Source of the DNA: Vulcanimicrobiota bacterium
Lineage (GTDB): Bacteria > Vulcanimicrobiota > Vulcanimicrobiia > Vulcanimicrobiales > Vulcanimicrobiaceae
Assembly (NCBI GenBank): GCA_963723515.1
Contig: CAVRQT010000003.1
Location: forward strand, 1 to 64,000
DNA: 64,000 bases
Direction: 5' to 3'
The position numbers and the translations under genes were made by a program. Shown here piece by piece: positions 1 through 10,873 of the stretch. Each line of letters opens with the position of its first letter. Position 1 is the first letter of the stretch. The notes beneath the pieces were generated by a model that was given only the letters and a program-made list of their open reading frames with translations, made no database searches and was not told the DNA's origin.

Positions 1-47
1 ACGAGCGCTCGTCAGTTCGTTGAAAAAAAAAGAGGTTAAATCTTAAT

Positions 48-539
48 TTATTGCGCGCTGCCTTCGAACGTTTTCACGTTCTTCAGGCCCGCATTTTTGA
101 ACGCTTGCTCGACCTGCGGCGCTTCCGATGGATCCGCTTTGTAGGTGACGACCGCTCGGCCAGCTTCAATCGCTTCGTTGTAGTTTTGAATTTGATCTTG
201 AGGAATCGGCCAATCCGCGAGATGGTCGATGATTTGCGGCTGGGCGAAGAATCCGACGTAGCGGGTATCGGAGCTGATGCCGGGCACGTTGACGCCGCCG
301 GCTTCCGTCATGATCGCCGTATCGCCGCGAATCACATCATGCGAGACGTCGGACGTCTGCGCGTATTCGCTGGAATGAATGAATTGCAGAATTGAGCTCG
401 TGTGCTCTTGCGTCGGAGCATCTCCCGTGATCACGTGCACCTTGCTGCAATCCACGGGCGGCCGCGGGCAGAGCGCATCCTCGATCTTCTTCGGTTCCGA
501 CTCCGGCGAGATTCCGGTCACCAAATGCTGGTCAGCCAT
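48..539 (-). CDS. Hypothetical protein, general-stress-protein (YflT/17M)-like C-terminus
   Basis: 163-aa ORF with AGGA RBS; tail IPQDQIQNYNEAIEAGRAVVTY resembles general stress protein tails. Confidence 0.6.
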   Translation of the reverse strand: MADQHLVTGISPESEPKKIEDALCPRPPVDCSKVHVITGDAPTQEHTSSILQFIHSSEYAQTSDVSHDVIRGDTAIMTEAGGVNVPGISSDTRYVGFFAQPQIIDHLADWPIPQDQIQNYNEAIEAGRAVVTYKADPSEAPQVEQAFKNAGLKNVKTFEGSAQ

Positions 540-709
540 GTCGTCCTAAACCCCCATCTGGATAGCGTTGAACTTCGCTCAACGCTTGGCGCTCCGATTG
601 CGCTTTTGCCACGATGCGGCAAAAACACATCTTCGCGCCCCCGCCCAAGTCCTGAGCTTGAAGGGCGCGGGCGGGCCCCCTTTTAGACTAGCGTCGAACT
701 TCGCATAAA

Positions 710-1919
710 TCATTTCATCTCTCTTATCGCGTGCGCGAGCCGTTCGATGCCGTGGCGGATATCATCTTCCCCGGCGTTCGAGAAGTTCAAGCGCATGCCG
801 TTGTGAACGTCGCGATGCGGAAAGAAGCTGACGCCCGGAACGAACATGACCTTCTCGCGCGCTGCGACCTTCAGTAGTTCCTCCGTATCGAAGCCGTTGC
901 GCTCGACCGTTGCCCAGAGGAACATGCCGCCGTTAGGGCGGTTGAAACGGACGTCGGCGGCATGTATTCTCGCAAGCAGTCATGCATGTGCGTTCGCCGA
1001 TCGCTATAGACGCGCCGAATCGTCGCGATATGATCGTCGAGTGCGGCGCCGCTGTTGACGAACGCTGCAAAAACGTATTGCGCGAAGGTGCCGGTGTGCA
1101 AATCGACCGCTTGTTTCGAGAGAACGAGCCGCTCCATCACTTCCTGGTCCCGCATCACGAGCCACGCGACGCGCATCCCCGGCGCGACAATCTTTGAACC
1201 GGTTCCACTGTAGATGATCGGCGCGGTCGAGTCGTAGGCGATGAGCGAAGGGGCCGGCTCTCCCTCGAACTGCAGCTCACCGTACGGGTCATCCTCGATA
1301 GCGGAACGCCGTAGTGCTCGCAGATCCGAACGATATGCTCGCGGCGCGATGCGGCGAGCGTGCGTCCAGTCGGATTTTGAAAGTTTGGAACCAGATAGAC
1401 GAACTTCGGCAAGGCGTCGGCATGCGCGAGCACGCGCTCCAGTGATTCGGGAAGCATGCCGTCCTCGTCCGTATCGACGGTCAAATAGCGCGCTTGATAG
1501 GAATCGAACGCTTGAATCGCGCCGAGGTACGACGGATTTTCCAAAACGACGTGGTCGCCGGGATCGATGAAGATCTTGCCGAGGATGTCGAGGCCCTGTT
1601 GAGAGCCGTTGGTGATCAGCACTTCTTCGGGCTCGATGTCGATTTCAAAACGTCTTGAAATCCGCGCGGAAACCCAGTTGCGCATCTCCGGAATGCCTTC
1701 GGTGACGCTGTATTGGAGGGCCGCCGGACCAACGGCCGCCATGACCTCGCGCGTGATGTTGCCGATCGCTTCGATTGGAAAGAGTTCCGGCGCCGGGAGG
1801 CCTCCGCCGAAGGAGATGACGTCGGGCTGCTGCGTGACTTTGAGCATCTCACGGATCGTCGATGCGTGAAGCCGTGAGGTGCGCATAGCGAACCGGACGG
1901 CGCGCGGAATCGTCGCCAT
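710..1919 (-). CDS. PLP-dependent aminotransferase class I/II (LysN/2-aminoadipate transaminase-like), two frameshifts (~1300, ~955)
   Basis: Motifs ISFGGGLP, PNFQNPTG, EDDPYG, GTGSKIVAPGMRVAW, GGMFLW, MRLNFS spread over three frames. Confidence 0.85.
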
Positions 1920-1929
1920 CCGGCGGTAC

Positions 1930-2775
1930 TTAGGCGGGGTTCATCGGGGGTCCGCTTATCGGCGCGCGCGTCGCACCGAAGCCGCTCTCGCGTATGAATG
2001 CGAGTATTCCCGCGCCCAAACCGACGAGCACGACGAGCATCGTGATGAACCAACCGACGAAGGGCACAACCTGCGCGGCGGCGATCACGACGAGGCCGAG
2101 CACAAGCGCGCCGAGCGGTGAAGGTGTAGTGTGCGGACGTACGAGCTCGAAGAGACGCCGTCCCACGAGCATGCCGAGTGCCGCTTGGCCGATGAAGAGG
2201 CCGGCGAACACTGCTGCGATTTCCAATGGAATCAGCGGGATTCCGATGATGCTCACCAAGAGCAGCACGCCGACCGGAATGACGGCGAGCAACGCTGCCG
2301 TCCCGACGCCGGCGGAGAGGCCAGGATGGCGTTCGAGCCGGTCGAGCGCGATGCGCACACGCACCGGAAAGATCAGAAACACCAGCAAGATGATCGCGCC
2401 GTACGCCAGTGACTGCAGCATGCGAACGTTCTCGTGCATAATAGACGATGCGCCCGCAGCAGTTGCCCAAGGCGCAAGCGCTGAAACGTACGGTCCGCCA
2501 AATTCGTGATATTCGCCCGTAATCGTTGAACCGGGCAGCATCTCGACGTGGCCACCGTAACAGTTTACGTCGCCGTCGACCGTGCCTTCGATGACCGCAT
2601 CGCCGCCGACGACCGTGAGGTCGCCTTCGATGACCTGGTCGTGGTCGACTGTGACGTTCTCCCCCCAGTATGTTCCGCCGTGGTCGACTGAGACGGTTGT
2701 GGCGGCTGCCGGGGTGATCGAAAAGACCGCGCAAGCCGCAAAGAACGCCAAAGCAACCAAAGCAGCGCGTTTCAT
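1930..2775 (-). CDS. Membrane protein with signal peptide, bactofilin/polymer-forming-like beta-repeat region and multi-TM C-terminus
   Basis: MKRAALVALAFF signal; VIEGDLTVVGGDAVIEGTVDGDV repeats; several hydrophobic helices; follows anti-sigma gene. Confidence 0.75.
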   Translation of the reverse strand: MKRAALVALAFFAACAVFSITPAAATTVSVDHGGTYWGENVTVDHDQVIEGDLTVVGGDAVIEGTVDGDVNCYGGHVEMLPGSTITGEYHEFGGPYVSALAPWATAAGASSIMHENVRMLQSLAYGAIILLVFLIFPVRVRIALDRLERHPGLSAGVGTAALLAVIPVGVLLLVSIIGIPLIPLEIAAVFAGLFIGQAALGMLVGRRLFELVRPHTTPSPLGALVLGLVVIAAAQVVPFVGWFITMLVVLVGLGAGILAFIRESGFGATRAPISGPPMNPA

Positions 2776-2776
2776 T

Positions 2777-3334
2777 TTAAAAACCCTTTCGCCCATAGGC
2801 GAGCTCAGCCGCAAGCCGCGGCCGCAGAACGGTGTAGTAGGCAACGAACGCCGCGCCGAGGAGCAGATCAAGCACCAGCACGCCGCCGAGTGCCGCCGCA
2901 ACGGCCGGCGTCGTGTTGCCGAATGCGTGATGCGCTGCTTCAGCGAGCGTTCGCAAGGAGGAGGACAAATTAGCAGCAGCGCTCCCCACCATTGCGATCG
3001 CGGCCGCAATGCTCAGTCCGCTGAGCTTCAGCCATGCGCCGATAATGATCCACGCGATGGCGATATACGCACACAGCAGCAGCCACTGGTTCGGGCGATG
3101 CGCATAAGGGATCGGCATCGTTCGCACTTCGGACATGACCGCGTGCGTAAAATTGATCGCAGGTTCCGGCGGCTGCATCGTCTCGAGCAGCCCGTCCACT
3201 GCACGAACCTCTTCGAGCCACGAGCGACATTCGTGACAGCCGCGCAGATGATGCGCGAGGTGATAGCGCGCGCGGTGCGAGAGCGCCTGATCGACGTAGG
3301 CGCCGAGCAGCGGCCTACAATGTGAGCAGCGCAC
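2777..3334 (-). CDS. Zinc-finger (zf-HC2/ZAS) anti-sigma factor
   Basis: N-terminal Cys plus HLRGCHEC (HxxxCxxC), TM helices, overlaps sigma gene. Confidence 0.85.
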   Translation of the reverse strand: MRCSHCRPLLGAYVDQALSHRARYHLAHHLRGCHECRSWLEEVRAVDGLLETMQPPEPAINFTHAVMSEVRTMPIPYAHRPNQWLLLCAYIAIAWIIIGAWLKLSGLSIAAAIAMVGSAAANLSSSLRTLAEAAHHAFGNTTPAVAAALGGVLVLDLLLGAAFVAYYTVLRPRLAAELAYGRKGF

Positions 3335-3944
3335 TCGGTTTGCGTTCCTTGCTCGCAGTGGCATGGCGTGCTTGTTGCGCGCGTACTTTCTGAGCGAGCG
3401 CGATCTTACCGCGGTGGATCAGCGTCTTGACGTTGCCGAGCGAAAGTCCGAGGGTCGTCGCGATCGTTTGATATTCCATGTTGCTGTAGTATCGAAGCGC
3501 TAACACGGTGCGAGTGCGCTCCGGAAGTTCCGCCAACGCGGCGCGCAATTCGCGCTCCGCTTCGGAGCGGAGGAGCCCGGCTGCCGGGTCAGATTCCAAC
3601 GAGCGATCAGGCAGGACGTTTTCGAGCGTCTGCTCTTCCGGAAGCTCTTGCGTCTGGGGGCGGCGTTGTGCGCGCGAGAGATGCGTGCGAACGACGTTTC
3701 GCGCGATATGGTAGAGCCAAGTCGAGAATTTTCCAAGTGCCGGGTTGAACGTACCGAGATGCGCGTAGGCGCGCAGGAACGTTTCCTGCGCCAAGTCGGC
3801 GCTTTCCGCGGACCCGCGGACCGCGGCATTGATGAAGCTCGTAATTCCACGTTTGTATCTGTCGACGAGCAGGGCGAATTTTTCTCGATCGCCGCTGCGG
3901 ACAAGCCGCACCAGAGCCTCGTCGCTCTGCCCTTCGATCGCCAT
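3315..3944 (-). CDS. ECF RNA polymerase sigma-70 factor (SigW/SigE-like)
   Basis: DLAQETFLRAY, KFSTWLYHIARN, region-4 YQTIATTLGLSLGNVKTLIHRGK; GGAGG RBS. Confidence 0.9.
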   Translation of the reverse strand: MAIEGQSDEALVRLVRSGDREKFALLVDRYKRGITSFINAAVRGSAESADLAQETFLRAYAHLGTFNPALGKFSTWLYHIARNVVRTHLSRAQRRPQTQELPEEQTLENVLPDRSLESDPAAGLLRSEAERELRAALAELPERTRTVLALRYYSNMEYQTIATTLGLSLGNVKTLIHRGKIALAQKVRAQQARHATASKERKPSALLTL

Positions 3945-4022
3945 CCTCCCCGGATTCGGTCTTTCTCGCGTTGCTACCGCGGCGGGGCTGGAAAGTTGCA
4001 TGACGCCCCTAAATAGGCGGCT

Positions 4023-4931
4023 ATGGCTTCGGAGAGCGCGCGGTTTTCTCGCATCGTGGTCGTCGGGGCCAGCGGACAGCTCGGCACGGATCTCATGGAT
4101 GCGCTCGCGCCGTGGAATCCGGTCGGGCTCACTCACGCCGACATTTCGATCGAAGACGACGCCTCCGTTACCGCAGCACTTGAGCGCTACAATCCGGATC
4201 TGCTGATCAATACTGCTGCATTTCACAACGTGCAAGTCTGCGAATACGAGCCGCTGCGCGCGCTGGAAGTCAACGGCGTTGCGGTCGGCGCGTTAGCGCG
4301 AGCGTGTGAGGAACGGCAATGCGCGTTTGCGACGTTTAGCACCGACTACGTCTTCGATGGTACGAAAGACGAGCCGTATGGTGAGAACGATAAGCCGCGA
4401 CCGATTCAGGCCTACGGTCTTTCGAAGCTTGCCGGCGAGTTGCTCGTCAAAGCAGCGAGCTCGCGTTACTTTCTCTTTCGCACGAGCGGACTTTTCGGCC
4501 GGGCCGGCAGCAAATCGAAGGGCTATACGTTTATCGACCGCATTCTGCAGGCGGGCGCCGCGGGAAAACCCTCGAGCGTCGTCAACGACATGACGTTCTC
4601 CCCGTCGTACACCCGCGACGTTGCGGCAACGGTTCGCGAAGTTGTCGGGCGCGGCGATTTTGGTTTGTACCACGTCGTCAATAGCGGCTCGTGCACCTGG
4701 TATGAGTTCGCAATTGAAGCGCTCTCGCAAGCCGGTTTGGACGCTGAAGTCAAGCCGGTTTCGACCGCGCAATGGGGCGCCGACGTCCGGCGGCCGGCAA
4801 ACTCTTCGCTGACGAACGAACGATTGCGAAGCTCGGGCTTCCAAGAGCCGCCGCATTGGCGCTCGGCGGTTGCGCGCTATGTTGCCGAACGCGCATCAGG
4901 AGTTTCTCCTGTGCGCCCTAAAGTGGTCTAG
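4023..4931 (+). CDS. rfbD: dTDP-4-dehydrorhamnose reductase
   Basis: GASGQLG, STDYVFDG, YGLSKLAGE. Confidence 0.9.
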   Translation: MASESARFSRIVVVGASGQLGTDLMDALAPWNPVGLTHADISIEDDASVTAALERYNPDLLINTAAFHNVQVCEYEPLRALEVNGVAVGALARACEERQCAFATFSTDYVFDGTKDEPYGENDKPRPIQAYGLSKLAGELLVKAASSRYFLFRTSGLFGRAGSKSKGYTFIDRILQAGAAGKPSSVVNDMTFSPSYTRDVAATVREVVGRGDFGLYHVVNSGSCTWYEFAIEALSQAGLDAEVKPVSTAQWGADVRRPANSSLTNERLRSSGFQEPPHWRSAVARYVAERASGVSPVRPKVV

Positions 4932-4932
4932 C

Positions 4933-6507
4933 GTGAAACTTCGCATTGACGAAAAAGCGGTCGACGACTGCCGCGAGCTGGCGGCGCGCATCGTCGCGCC
5001 GGTTTCGCAATTCATTGCCGCGCATTCGACCGTTTCGGTCGAACGGTCGATCTTGCGTCTCTTCGGGATCGATGGCGTGCTCGACGAAGTTCCACTGGTC
5101 AATCTGATCGTCGATGCGCTAGCCTCCGAACAACGGGCGCGTGGGATTGCGACGTATTTCTGCGCCGGTTTGGCCGAGACGGGGTTGGAGCCCGCCGCAT
5201 TGGCGCAAGAACTCGTATCCGGGCGCACAGCAGTCACTGCATTTGAGGACGCGCCGGTCGAAGCGGTACGCGCGATCGGCAAGAAATTCGCGACCCAGGC
5301 GCTCGCGCGCATTGCAAAGAGTCGTGGTGAACGTGTGAATCGGCTCTCGCGCTTGCCTCAGAGTCCGCCGCCGTTGCTCTACGTGATCGTTGCCAGCGGA
5401 AACATCTACGAAGACAAGACCGCGGCTGTTGCCGCCGCCGAGTCCGGTGCACAGATCATCGCCGTCATTCGTTCGACGGGCCAATCGCTGCTCGATTACG
5501 TTCCTGCTGGCATAACGACGGAAGGCTTCGGCGGCACCTATGCGACGCAAGAAAATTTTCGCGTGATGCGCGAGGCGCTCGACGAAGTTTCGGAGCGCCT
5601 CGGCCGCTACGTGATGCTGACCAACTACGCGAGCGGTCTCTGCATGCCGGAGATCGCCGTCATCGCCGCCCTCGAGCGGCTCGACATGCTCCTAAACGAC
5701 TCGATGTACGGCATTCTCTTCCGCAATATCAACCCGAAGCGCACGTTCGTCGACCAGCACTTCAGCCGCATGCTCAATGCTTACTCCGGCATCATCATCA
5801 ACACAGGGGAAGATAATTATCTGACGACAGCCGATGCGGTCGAACAAGCGCCCGCGGTCCTTGCATCGCAGTTCATCAACGAGGAGTTCGCCCATCGCGC
5901 CGGCTTACCCGATGCGCAAATCGGGCTAGGCGATGCATTTGAGATCGATCCCGATTTAGAAGACGGACTCCTGTACGAGATCGCGCAGGCACAGCTCGAG
6001 CGCCAAATTTTTCCGAACGCAGCATTGAAGTATATGCCGCCGACCAAGCACATGACGGGCAACATCTTCAAAGGGCATTTGATCGACTCGATGTTCAACC
6101 TGACGTCCGTGATGACGCATCAGGCGATCCACCTGTGCGGCATGCTGACCGAAGCGATTCACACGCCGTTTCTCGGCGACCGCGCGCTTTCTCTGGAGAA
6201 TGCGCGCTACATTATGAACACCGCGCGTCACCTGGGGGACGATCTGGAGTGCAAGCCCGGCGGAATCATCGAGAGACGCGCCAACGATGTTTTGGAGGGA
6301 GCACAAGCGCTGCTCTCACGCGTTGCGCAGCGCGGTCTGTTCGATGCGATCGAGCAGAGTTTCTTTGCGGATGTTTCCCGCGCGCCGGATGGCGGCCGCG
6401 GCTTCGAAGGCGTCTTCGCAAAGGCCGCGGATTACTGGAATCCGTTTGAAGAGTTGCTGTCGGCCTCATCCAGCGGCGCCCAGATTCCGGCCGGAGCGCC
6501 GTCGTGA
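4933..6507 (+). CDS. kamD: Lysine 5,6-aminomutase alpha subunit
   Basis: HSTVSVER, YVIVASGNIYED, IRSTGQSLLDYVP, EGFGGTYATQENF, NYASGLCMPEIA, KYMPPTK. Confidence 0.92.
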   Translation: MKLRIDEKAVDDCRELAARIVAPVSQFIAAHSTVSVERSILRLFGIDGVLDEVPLVNLIVDALASEQRARGIATYFCAGLAETGLEPAALAQELVSGRTAVTAFEDAPVEAVRAIGKKFATQALARIAKSRGERVNRLSRLPQSPPPLLYVIVASGNIYEDKTAAVAAAESGAQIIAVIRSTGQSLLDYVPAGITTEGFGGTYATQENFRVMREALDEVSERLGRYVMLTNYASGLCMPEIAVIAALERLDMLLNDSMYGILFRNINPKRTFVDQHFSRMLNAYSGIIINTGEDNYLTTADAVEQAPAVLASQFINEEFAHRAGLPDAQIGLGDAFEIDPDLEDGLLYEIAQAQLERQIFPNAALKYMPPTKHMTGNIFKGHLIDSMFNLTSVMTHQAIHLCGMLTEAIHTPFLGDRALSLENARYIMNTARHLGDDLECKPGGIIERRANDVLEGAQALLSRVAQRGLFDAIEQSFFADVSRAPDGGRGFEGVFAKAADYWNPFEELLSASSSGAQIPAGAPS

Positions 6508-7250
6508 GCAAAGCCATCAAACCATACGGTGACACGCTGGACGACGGCGCGGTGCAGCTTTCTTTCACGCTGCCGATTCCGTGGAGCGAGGCCGCCGATG
6601 AAGCGGCGCGGCGGCTCGTTGCAAAGATGGGCTTTTCAGACGTTGCGATCGCCGACGGACGCCCGATCGCCGGCGATTATTCGTTCTTCGTCGTTTACGG
6701 CCGAACGACACAGGCGGTGGATATCGCAAGCATCAGTGCCCCTTCAGCAAAAACGCATCCGCTCGCGATGGAAGAAATAGACGCCCTGATCGCGCGTAGC
6801 CTCGGGCGCAAGGTTCGCGTCGCCGGCGCATGTATCGGAACGGATGCGCATACCGTCGGGATCGATGCGATCCTCAACATGAAGGGTTACAAGGGCGACT
6901 ATGGGCTGGAGCGCTACCACGGCTTCCAGACATATAACCTCGGCAGCCAAATCACCGTCGAAGAGCTTGTGCGCTTCGCTAAAGAAAAGCGGCTCGATGC
7001 GATTCTCGCTTCGCAAGCCGTGACGCAGAAAGGGAGCGACGTCGCCAACTTTACGGCGCTTGTCGAGCGCCTTGAGGCCGAGGGGATGCGGGATTCGATG
7101 CTGCTGATCTGCGGCGGCCCGCGGGTTACGAATCTGATGGCGAGCGAGCTTGGCTACGATGCCGGCTTTGGCCGCGGGACGCTGCCGAGCGAGGTGGCGG
7201 CCTTTATCGCGACCCGCCTCGCGGCTCGCCCCCGTCCCGTCTTACCCTGA
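6504..7250 (+). CDS. kamE: Lysine 5,6-aminomutase beta subunit (B12-binding)
   Basis: IKPYGDTLDDGAVQLSFTLP; DAHTVG (DxHxxG); NMKGYKGDYGLERY PLP-lysine loop. Confidence 0.92.
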   Translation: MSKAIKPYGDTLDDGAVQLSFTLPIPWSEAADEAARRLVAKMGFSDVAIADGRPIAGDYSFFVVYGRTTQAVDIASISAPSAKTHPLAMEEIDALIARSLGRKVRVAGACIGTDAHTVGIDAILNMKGYKGDYGLERYHGFQTYNLGSQITVEELVRFAKEKRLDAILASQAVTQKGSDVANFTALVERLEAEGMRDSMLLICGGPRVTNLMASELGYDAGFGRGTLPSEVAAFIATRLAARPRPVLP

Positions 7251-7399
7251 CGCGCTTCTTCCTTATAATATGCGATTTACGAACGGGATTTTTTTCGCCG
7301 GCTGAGCCGATTGAGGGCGGGCCGAGCCTGCGGCCCGACCCGGGACCGCCGTCGCTCCTATAGATGCAGCGCAAGCATTCAAGGGGAAAGGATAGCTGC

Positions 7400-8373
<974 letters not shown>

Positions 8374-8377
8374 CGTC

Positions 8378-9307
8378 GTGCGCGCGCTCGTTACCGGCGC
8401 CGGCGGGTTCGCCGGAAAGTATCTCGTCCGGTATCTCTGCGAGCAAAATCACGATGTGATCAGCAGCGGCCGCGAGTCGGACGGTTGCGAGCTCACCCTC
8501 GACCTCAATGATTTCGAGAGCATCCGGCGAGCGATTGAAACGGCGCGTCCTGATGCCGTGTTTCATCTAGCAGCGCAGACCTTTTTGCCTGAGGCAGCGC
8601 ACCGCCCGATCAAGACATATGAAACCAACATTCTCGGCACTGCGCGATTGCTTGCTGCAATCGCTCCAACGACACGCTTGCTCTTTACAAGCTCGGCGCA
8701 AGTCTATGGCGCCGGCGCAAAAGACCGGCGAGCGCTTTACGAAGATATGCCGCTAAAGCCGGTCGAGCCCTATGCCGCAAGCAAAGCGGCCGGCGAGCAC
8801 ATCTGCAACGCGGCCCATCAGACGTACGGACAAGAGTGCGTCATCGCGCGTGCTTTCAACCACATCGGTGCCGGCCAAGATACGCGCTTTGCCATCGCGT
8901 CCTTTGCGCAGCAGCTCGCGCGCATCGCATGCGGCGTTCAGCCGCCGCGCATCGACGTCGGCAACCTGGAAGCGGAACGTGATTTTCTCGACGTGCGTGA
9001 CGTTGTGCGTGCGTACGCGATCCTTGCAGAGCGCGGCCAATCGGGTGAGGCGTACAATGTTTGCAGCGGCGTACCGCGCAAGCTCAAGGAGTTACTGCGC
9101 ACGTTGATCCTTCGCGCCGGCGTCGCCGTTGAAGTGCGTGAGGATTCGCAGCGAATGCGCGCCAGCGAAATTTCATGCTTCTACGGCGACAACAGCAAAT
9201 TGCGCGCGCTCGGATGGGAACCGCAGATGACGCTCGAGCAATCGCTGCGCGACATCTACGACGCAGCGCTCGCTGAAACGAAGACGTTTGCTGGAACGCG
9301 CAGATGA
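8378..9307 (+). CDS. NAD-dependent epimerase/dehydratase, GDP-4-keto-6-deoxymannose reductase (Rmd)-like
   Basis: GAGGFAG, YAASK, RAFNHIGAGQ, GNLEAERDFLDVRDVV; directly after gmd. Confidence 0.8.
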   Translation: MRALVTGAGGFAGKYLVRYLCEQNHDVISSGRESDGCELTLDLNDFESIRRAIETARPDAVFHLAAQTFLPEAAHRPIKTYETNILGTARLLAAIAPTTRLLFTSSAQVYGAGAKDRRALYEDMPLKPVEPYAASKAAGEHICNAAHQTYGQECVIARAFNHIGAGQDTRFAIASFAQQLARIACGVQPPRIDVGNLEAERDFLDVRDVVRAYAILAERGQSGEAYNVCSGVPRKLKELLRTLILRAGVAVEVREDSQRMRASEISCFYGDNSKLRALGWEPQMTLEQSLRDIYDAALAETKTFAGTRR

Positions 9308-9900
9308 ACGATCCAGAGGAGAGTCTGCAGGCGCTGGTCTTCAAGAATCGCGGCGCGCTTCTCAGCATGCCGGCGCTCGTGCTTTCGCTTTTCGGGAAGC
9401 CGAGCGCGTTCAGCATTGCGGCCGGCTTGCCGCTGGCATTCTTGGGGGAGGCGCTGCGCTGTTGGGCGGTCGGATATTCCGGCGTCACGACGCGTAGCGA
9501 TCGCGTTGAAGCACCTAAGCTCGTCACCGCCGGCCCATACGCCTACGTACGCAACCCGCTTTACCTCGGCAACTTCATCACCGCCGCGGGCTTCACGGTC
9601 GCCTTCACCGGCAAAAATTCTTTCCTCGCCAAAGCAGCGTTGAGCGTGACGGCGCTCGGCACGATCGCCGGCGTGTACTCAACGATCGTTCCACACGAGG
9701 AACGCTTCTTGCAGCGCGAGTTCGGTGATGAGTTTACCGCCTATTGCGAGCGTGTTCCACCGTTGATCCCGCTTTCCGAGCCCGCGGAAGACGGCCGCGG
9801 AGAGTACGATCCCGACGTGCTCGTGACGGCGGAGAGCAAGACGTTCTTGACCTTCGGGTCGATGCTCGCGGTGCTCGCACTGAAGGCAATCAAGGCCTAA
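9304..9900 (+). CDS. ICMT/PEMT-family membrane methyltransferase
   Basis: LVTAGPYAYVRNPLYLG and EERFL..FG..F.AYC.RVP motifs. Confidence 0.8.
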   Translation: MNDPEESLQALVFKNRGALLSMPALVLSLFGKPSAFSIAAGLPLAFLGEALRCWAVGYSGVTTRSDRVEAPKLVTAGPYAYVRNPLYLGNFITAAGFTVAFTGKNSFLAKAALSVTALGTIAGVYSTIVPHEERFLQREFGDEFTAYCERVPPLIPLSEPAEDGRGEYDPDVLVTAESKTFLTFGSMLAVLALKAIKA

Positions 9901-9901
9901 C

Positions 9902-10816
9902 ATGACGCAAGCCCAGCGCTTAACGCTTGCCATTGGGCTGACTGCGCTCGTCGCGATCGTCGAGTTTTGGGGCGGCTTTCGCGCGCACAGTTTGGCGCTG
10001 CTTTCTGATGCGGCGCACGTCTGCATGGATCTCTTTGCGCTCGGCATCGCGCTGGCGGCGATGATCGCCGCAAGGCGACCTGCGACGCAGCATCAGACCT
10101 TCGGCTTCGGACGCTTGGAAATGCTGGCCGCGCTCACCAACGGTGCGTTGCTCTTCGGCGCGACGATCGTCATCGTAATCGAAGCGATACGGCGCTTAAG
10201 CGCGCCACTTTTGCCGCAGGGAGCATTGATGAGCGAAGTTGCGCTTTTCGGATTGCTGCTGAGCGGCGGCGTCGGCCTGATTCTCTTGCGCGACGGCCGG
10301 CAAAATTTGAACGTAGCGGCCGCGCTCTACCATGTCGCTGGTGATGCGCTCGGCGCGGTCTCGGTCATTGCCGGCGGCATCTTGATTTCGTTCTATGGAA
10401 CGGCGTGGCTCGATCCGGTGCTCTCGCTCTTCGTCGCCGTCATCATCGTGTTCGGCGTGCTGCGAATCTTACGTGAGGCGTCGCACGTGCTCTTGGGCGG
10501 CGTTCCGCAGAGCGTGAACATCGATCACGTTCTCGAACGCATGCGCGCGTTGCCCGGCGTCGTCGCCGTGCACGATTTGCACGTTTGGTCCCTCGGAACA
10601 AAGTCGTATGCGCTCGCCGCGCACCTTCAGTTAGACGACCGGCGCATCAGCGAGGCAACGGCGATCTTGCGTGCGTTGGAGACGATGTTGCGCAGTAGTT
10701 TCGGCATCACGCACGTGACGATTCAATTCGAATGCGAATCATGCGAACCGGACGAGCGTGTGGTTTGCACGCAATTGAACCGCACGGACGCATCGGCAGT
10801 CACCACCGCGCGCTAG
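9902..10816 (+). CDS. Cation diffusion facilitator (CzcD/ZitB-like)
   Basis: SLALLSDAAH, TFGFGRLE, HVAGD, VHDLHVW, HVTIQFE. Confidence 0.9.
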   Translation: MTQAQRLTLAIGLTALVAIVEFWGGFRAHSLALLSDAAHVCMDLFALGIALAAMIAARRPATQHQTFGFGRLEMLAALTNGALLFGATIVIVIEAIRRLSAPLLPQGALMSEVALFGLLLSGGVGLILLRDGRQNLNVAAALYHVAGDALGAVSVIAGGILISFYGTAWLDPVLSLFVAVIIVFGVLRILREASHVLLGGVPQSVNIDHVLERMRALPGVVAVHDLHVWSLGTKSYALAAHLQLDDRRISEATAILRALETMLRSSFGITHVTIQFECESCEPDERVVCTQLNRTDASAVTTAR

Positions 10817-10873
10817 AGAACGCTGCAAAATGGGCAAAATGCAAAGCTTCACAGTGCAACGAAGGGGAACGGC

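Noticed and set aside
710..1919. Pseudogene or programmed frameshifting in split genes
   Set aside because: The same pattern affects essential genes throughout the window with no consistent slippery sites; sequencing error is more parsimonious.
7251..7399. JUMPstart/ops element or riboswitch before gmd
   Set aside because: Only a TATAAT and a GC hairpin; no GGCGGTAG or riboswitch consensus.
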